Source: Candidatus Woesearchaeota archaeon (GTDB lineage Archaea; Nanobdellota; Nanobdellia; Pacearchaeales; GW2011-AR1). Taken from it: a stretch of DNA of 24,921 bases. Under the pieces are notes generated by a model. The model did no database searches and was not told the origin of the DNA. It saw nothing but the letters and a program-made list of their open reading frames with translations. Shown piece after piece: positions 24,233-24,921 of this stretch. Both the position numbers and the translations under genes were made by a program. The stretch lies in assembly GCA_964639055.1 (NCBI GenBank), contig CAZXBY010000001.1:1-24921 (forward strand), written 5' to 3'. Positions within the stretch are counted from its first letter, which is position 1. Each line of letters starts with the position of its first letter.

Positions 24233-24337
24233 CAAAAAAATACAGGGGCAGAAAACATTTTACATCTGAGGTTCTTATTTTTTCAAGTGTATGTTTGCTC
24301 GAGAGAACTTTAGATATTCATAAGAGAAAGGAGAAAC

Positions 24338-24790
24338 GTGAACATAACTAAAAGGTTTGTCGAATTGTTGGGTGGTGAAGTAGAATGCCATAAAGAGACT
24401 ATAACGTCTATTCGTCTTTATGGTACAAAAACGATTGACTTAGACTTGGAGATTCTTCGTAGTCTTGGTAGGCTCGAAGAACTGGTTGAACTTGACCTTG
24501 CCAACACTGGCATCACAGACAGTGGTCTTGTTCGTCTTCGAAAGATCGAGAGTCTAAGGGGATTGACACTCAACAATACAGGTGTAACAGATGACGGTCT
24601 TGTGCATCTTCAGAGACTTGGCAACCTTGATCATCTTGATCTTGAGAATTTGTCAGTGACTAATTCTGGGCTTGTGCATCTTTATGCTTTCCAGAATCTC
24701 AGATTCCTAAATCTTTCTGGCACGAATGTGACAGAAGAAGGAATTCTTCGGCTGAAAAAAGCATTGCCGAAATGTGATGTTGATTATTAG
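24338..24790 (+). CDS. Leucine-rich repeat protein (four 24-aa RI/AMN1-like repeats)
   Basis: Repeats of the form LxxLxxLxLxxTx(I/V)TDxGLxxL with 24-residue period and an LKKALPKC cap. GTG start with AAGGAG 4 nt upstream. Confidence 0.9.
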   Translation: MNITKRFVELLGGEVECHKETITSIRLYGTKTIDLDLEILRSLGRLEELVELDLANTGITDSGLVRLRKIESLRGLTLNNTGVTDDGLVHLQRLGNLDHLDLENLSVTNSGLVHLYAFQNLRFLNLSGTNVTEEGILRLKKALPKCDVDY

Positions 24791-24800
24791 CCGGGAGTGG

Positions 24801-24921
24801 TAGCACTGAGAAAAAGTAGTTGCTAAGAGTTCGTTTCGTGCGGACCAAGACTGCAAAGAAGTAGTATTCTTTGGCATCTGGGTTGAGACCTCTATTATTG
24901 TAAAAGTACAAGGTAGGGGTC
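24801..24921 (+). ncRNA. Candidate structured RNA element (three successive hairpins)
   Basis: Hairpins at 24801-24825, 24843-24884 and 24887-24921. The last is a 15-bp stem with three G-U pairs on the + strand. No family recognised. Confidence 0.3.

Larger units (their letters stand above)
22270..24921 (+). other. Compositionally distinct island of Shine-Dalgarno-led small genes (foreign DNA or chimeric join)
   Basis: Sampled lines are about 40% G+C versus about 30% in housekeeping genes. Each gene has an SD-like site 4-7 nt before its start, and the standard TATA-leaderless layout was not seen. The left boundary is approximate. Confidence 0.6.

Noticed and set aside
24058-24826. TAG-recoding (alternative genetic code) in the island: ORFs 24140 and 24338 are in the same frame separated only by TAGs, and ORF 23716 would read on to a TAA just before the next SD
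   Set aside because: The LRR protein ends naturally at its cap (LPKCDVDY-TAG), GTG 24338 has its own SD, and the bridging translations look non-protein-like. No long ORF requires TAG as sense.
24790-24860. tRNA-like start GCCGGGAGTGGTAGC
   Set aside because: No cloverleaf, no TTCRA T-loop at the right distance, and no matching acceptor-stem 3' strand.
411-24911. Remaining overlapping ORFs in the track (for example 411-797, 2189-2449, 2561-3499, 3908-4759, 9028-9261, 14509-14819, 16111-16386, 17460-18443, 19637-19882, 23078-23371, 24169-24351, 24699-24911)
   Set aside because: They are antisense or alternate-frame shadows of well-supported genes, with biased L/F/S composition and no initiation signals.

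Overview
AT-rich (roughly 30% G+C by eye) chromosomal segment that looks like a DPANN archaeon, most like Pacearchaeota/Woesearchaeota. This is inferred from archaeal-type TrpRS, FtsZ, Taw3 and KaiC-like ATPase, the archaeal ThrRS editing domain, and TATA boxes about 21-24 nt upstream of leaderless ATGs. Bases 1-18.5 kb are mostly housekeeping: aspS (5' truncated), a gatC-[AroQ-like/NUDIX]-chorismate mutase-gatA operon, two DHH/RecJ-like phosphoesterases, ftsZ, nitroreductase, nth, taw3, a NUDIX protein, thrS, a KaiC-like ATPase and trpS, interspersed with orphans. Several small ORFs missed by the ORF track can be placed using the TATA-to-ATG spacing. Bases 18.66-21.67 kb form a three-gene operon: coiled-coil protein, small acidic protein, and a HerA/VirB4-like ATPase with a C-terminal winged-helix-like domain. 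It is followed by about 750 bp of non-coding DNA with two families of same-orientation direct repeats, G-free tracts and palindromes. From about 22.3 kb the style changes to higher G+C, Shine-Dalgarno-led genes for membrane proteins, a 30-aa peptide and an LRR protein, then a hairpin-rich tail; this is either a foreign island or an assembly chimera. No tRNA, rRNA, CRISPR array, transposase or integrase was recognised.
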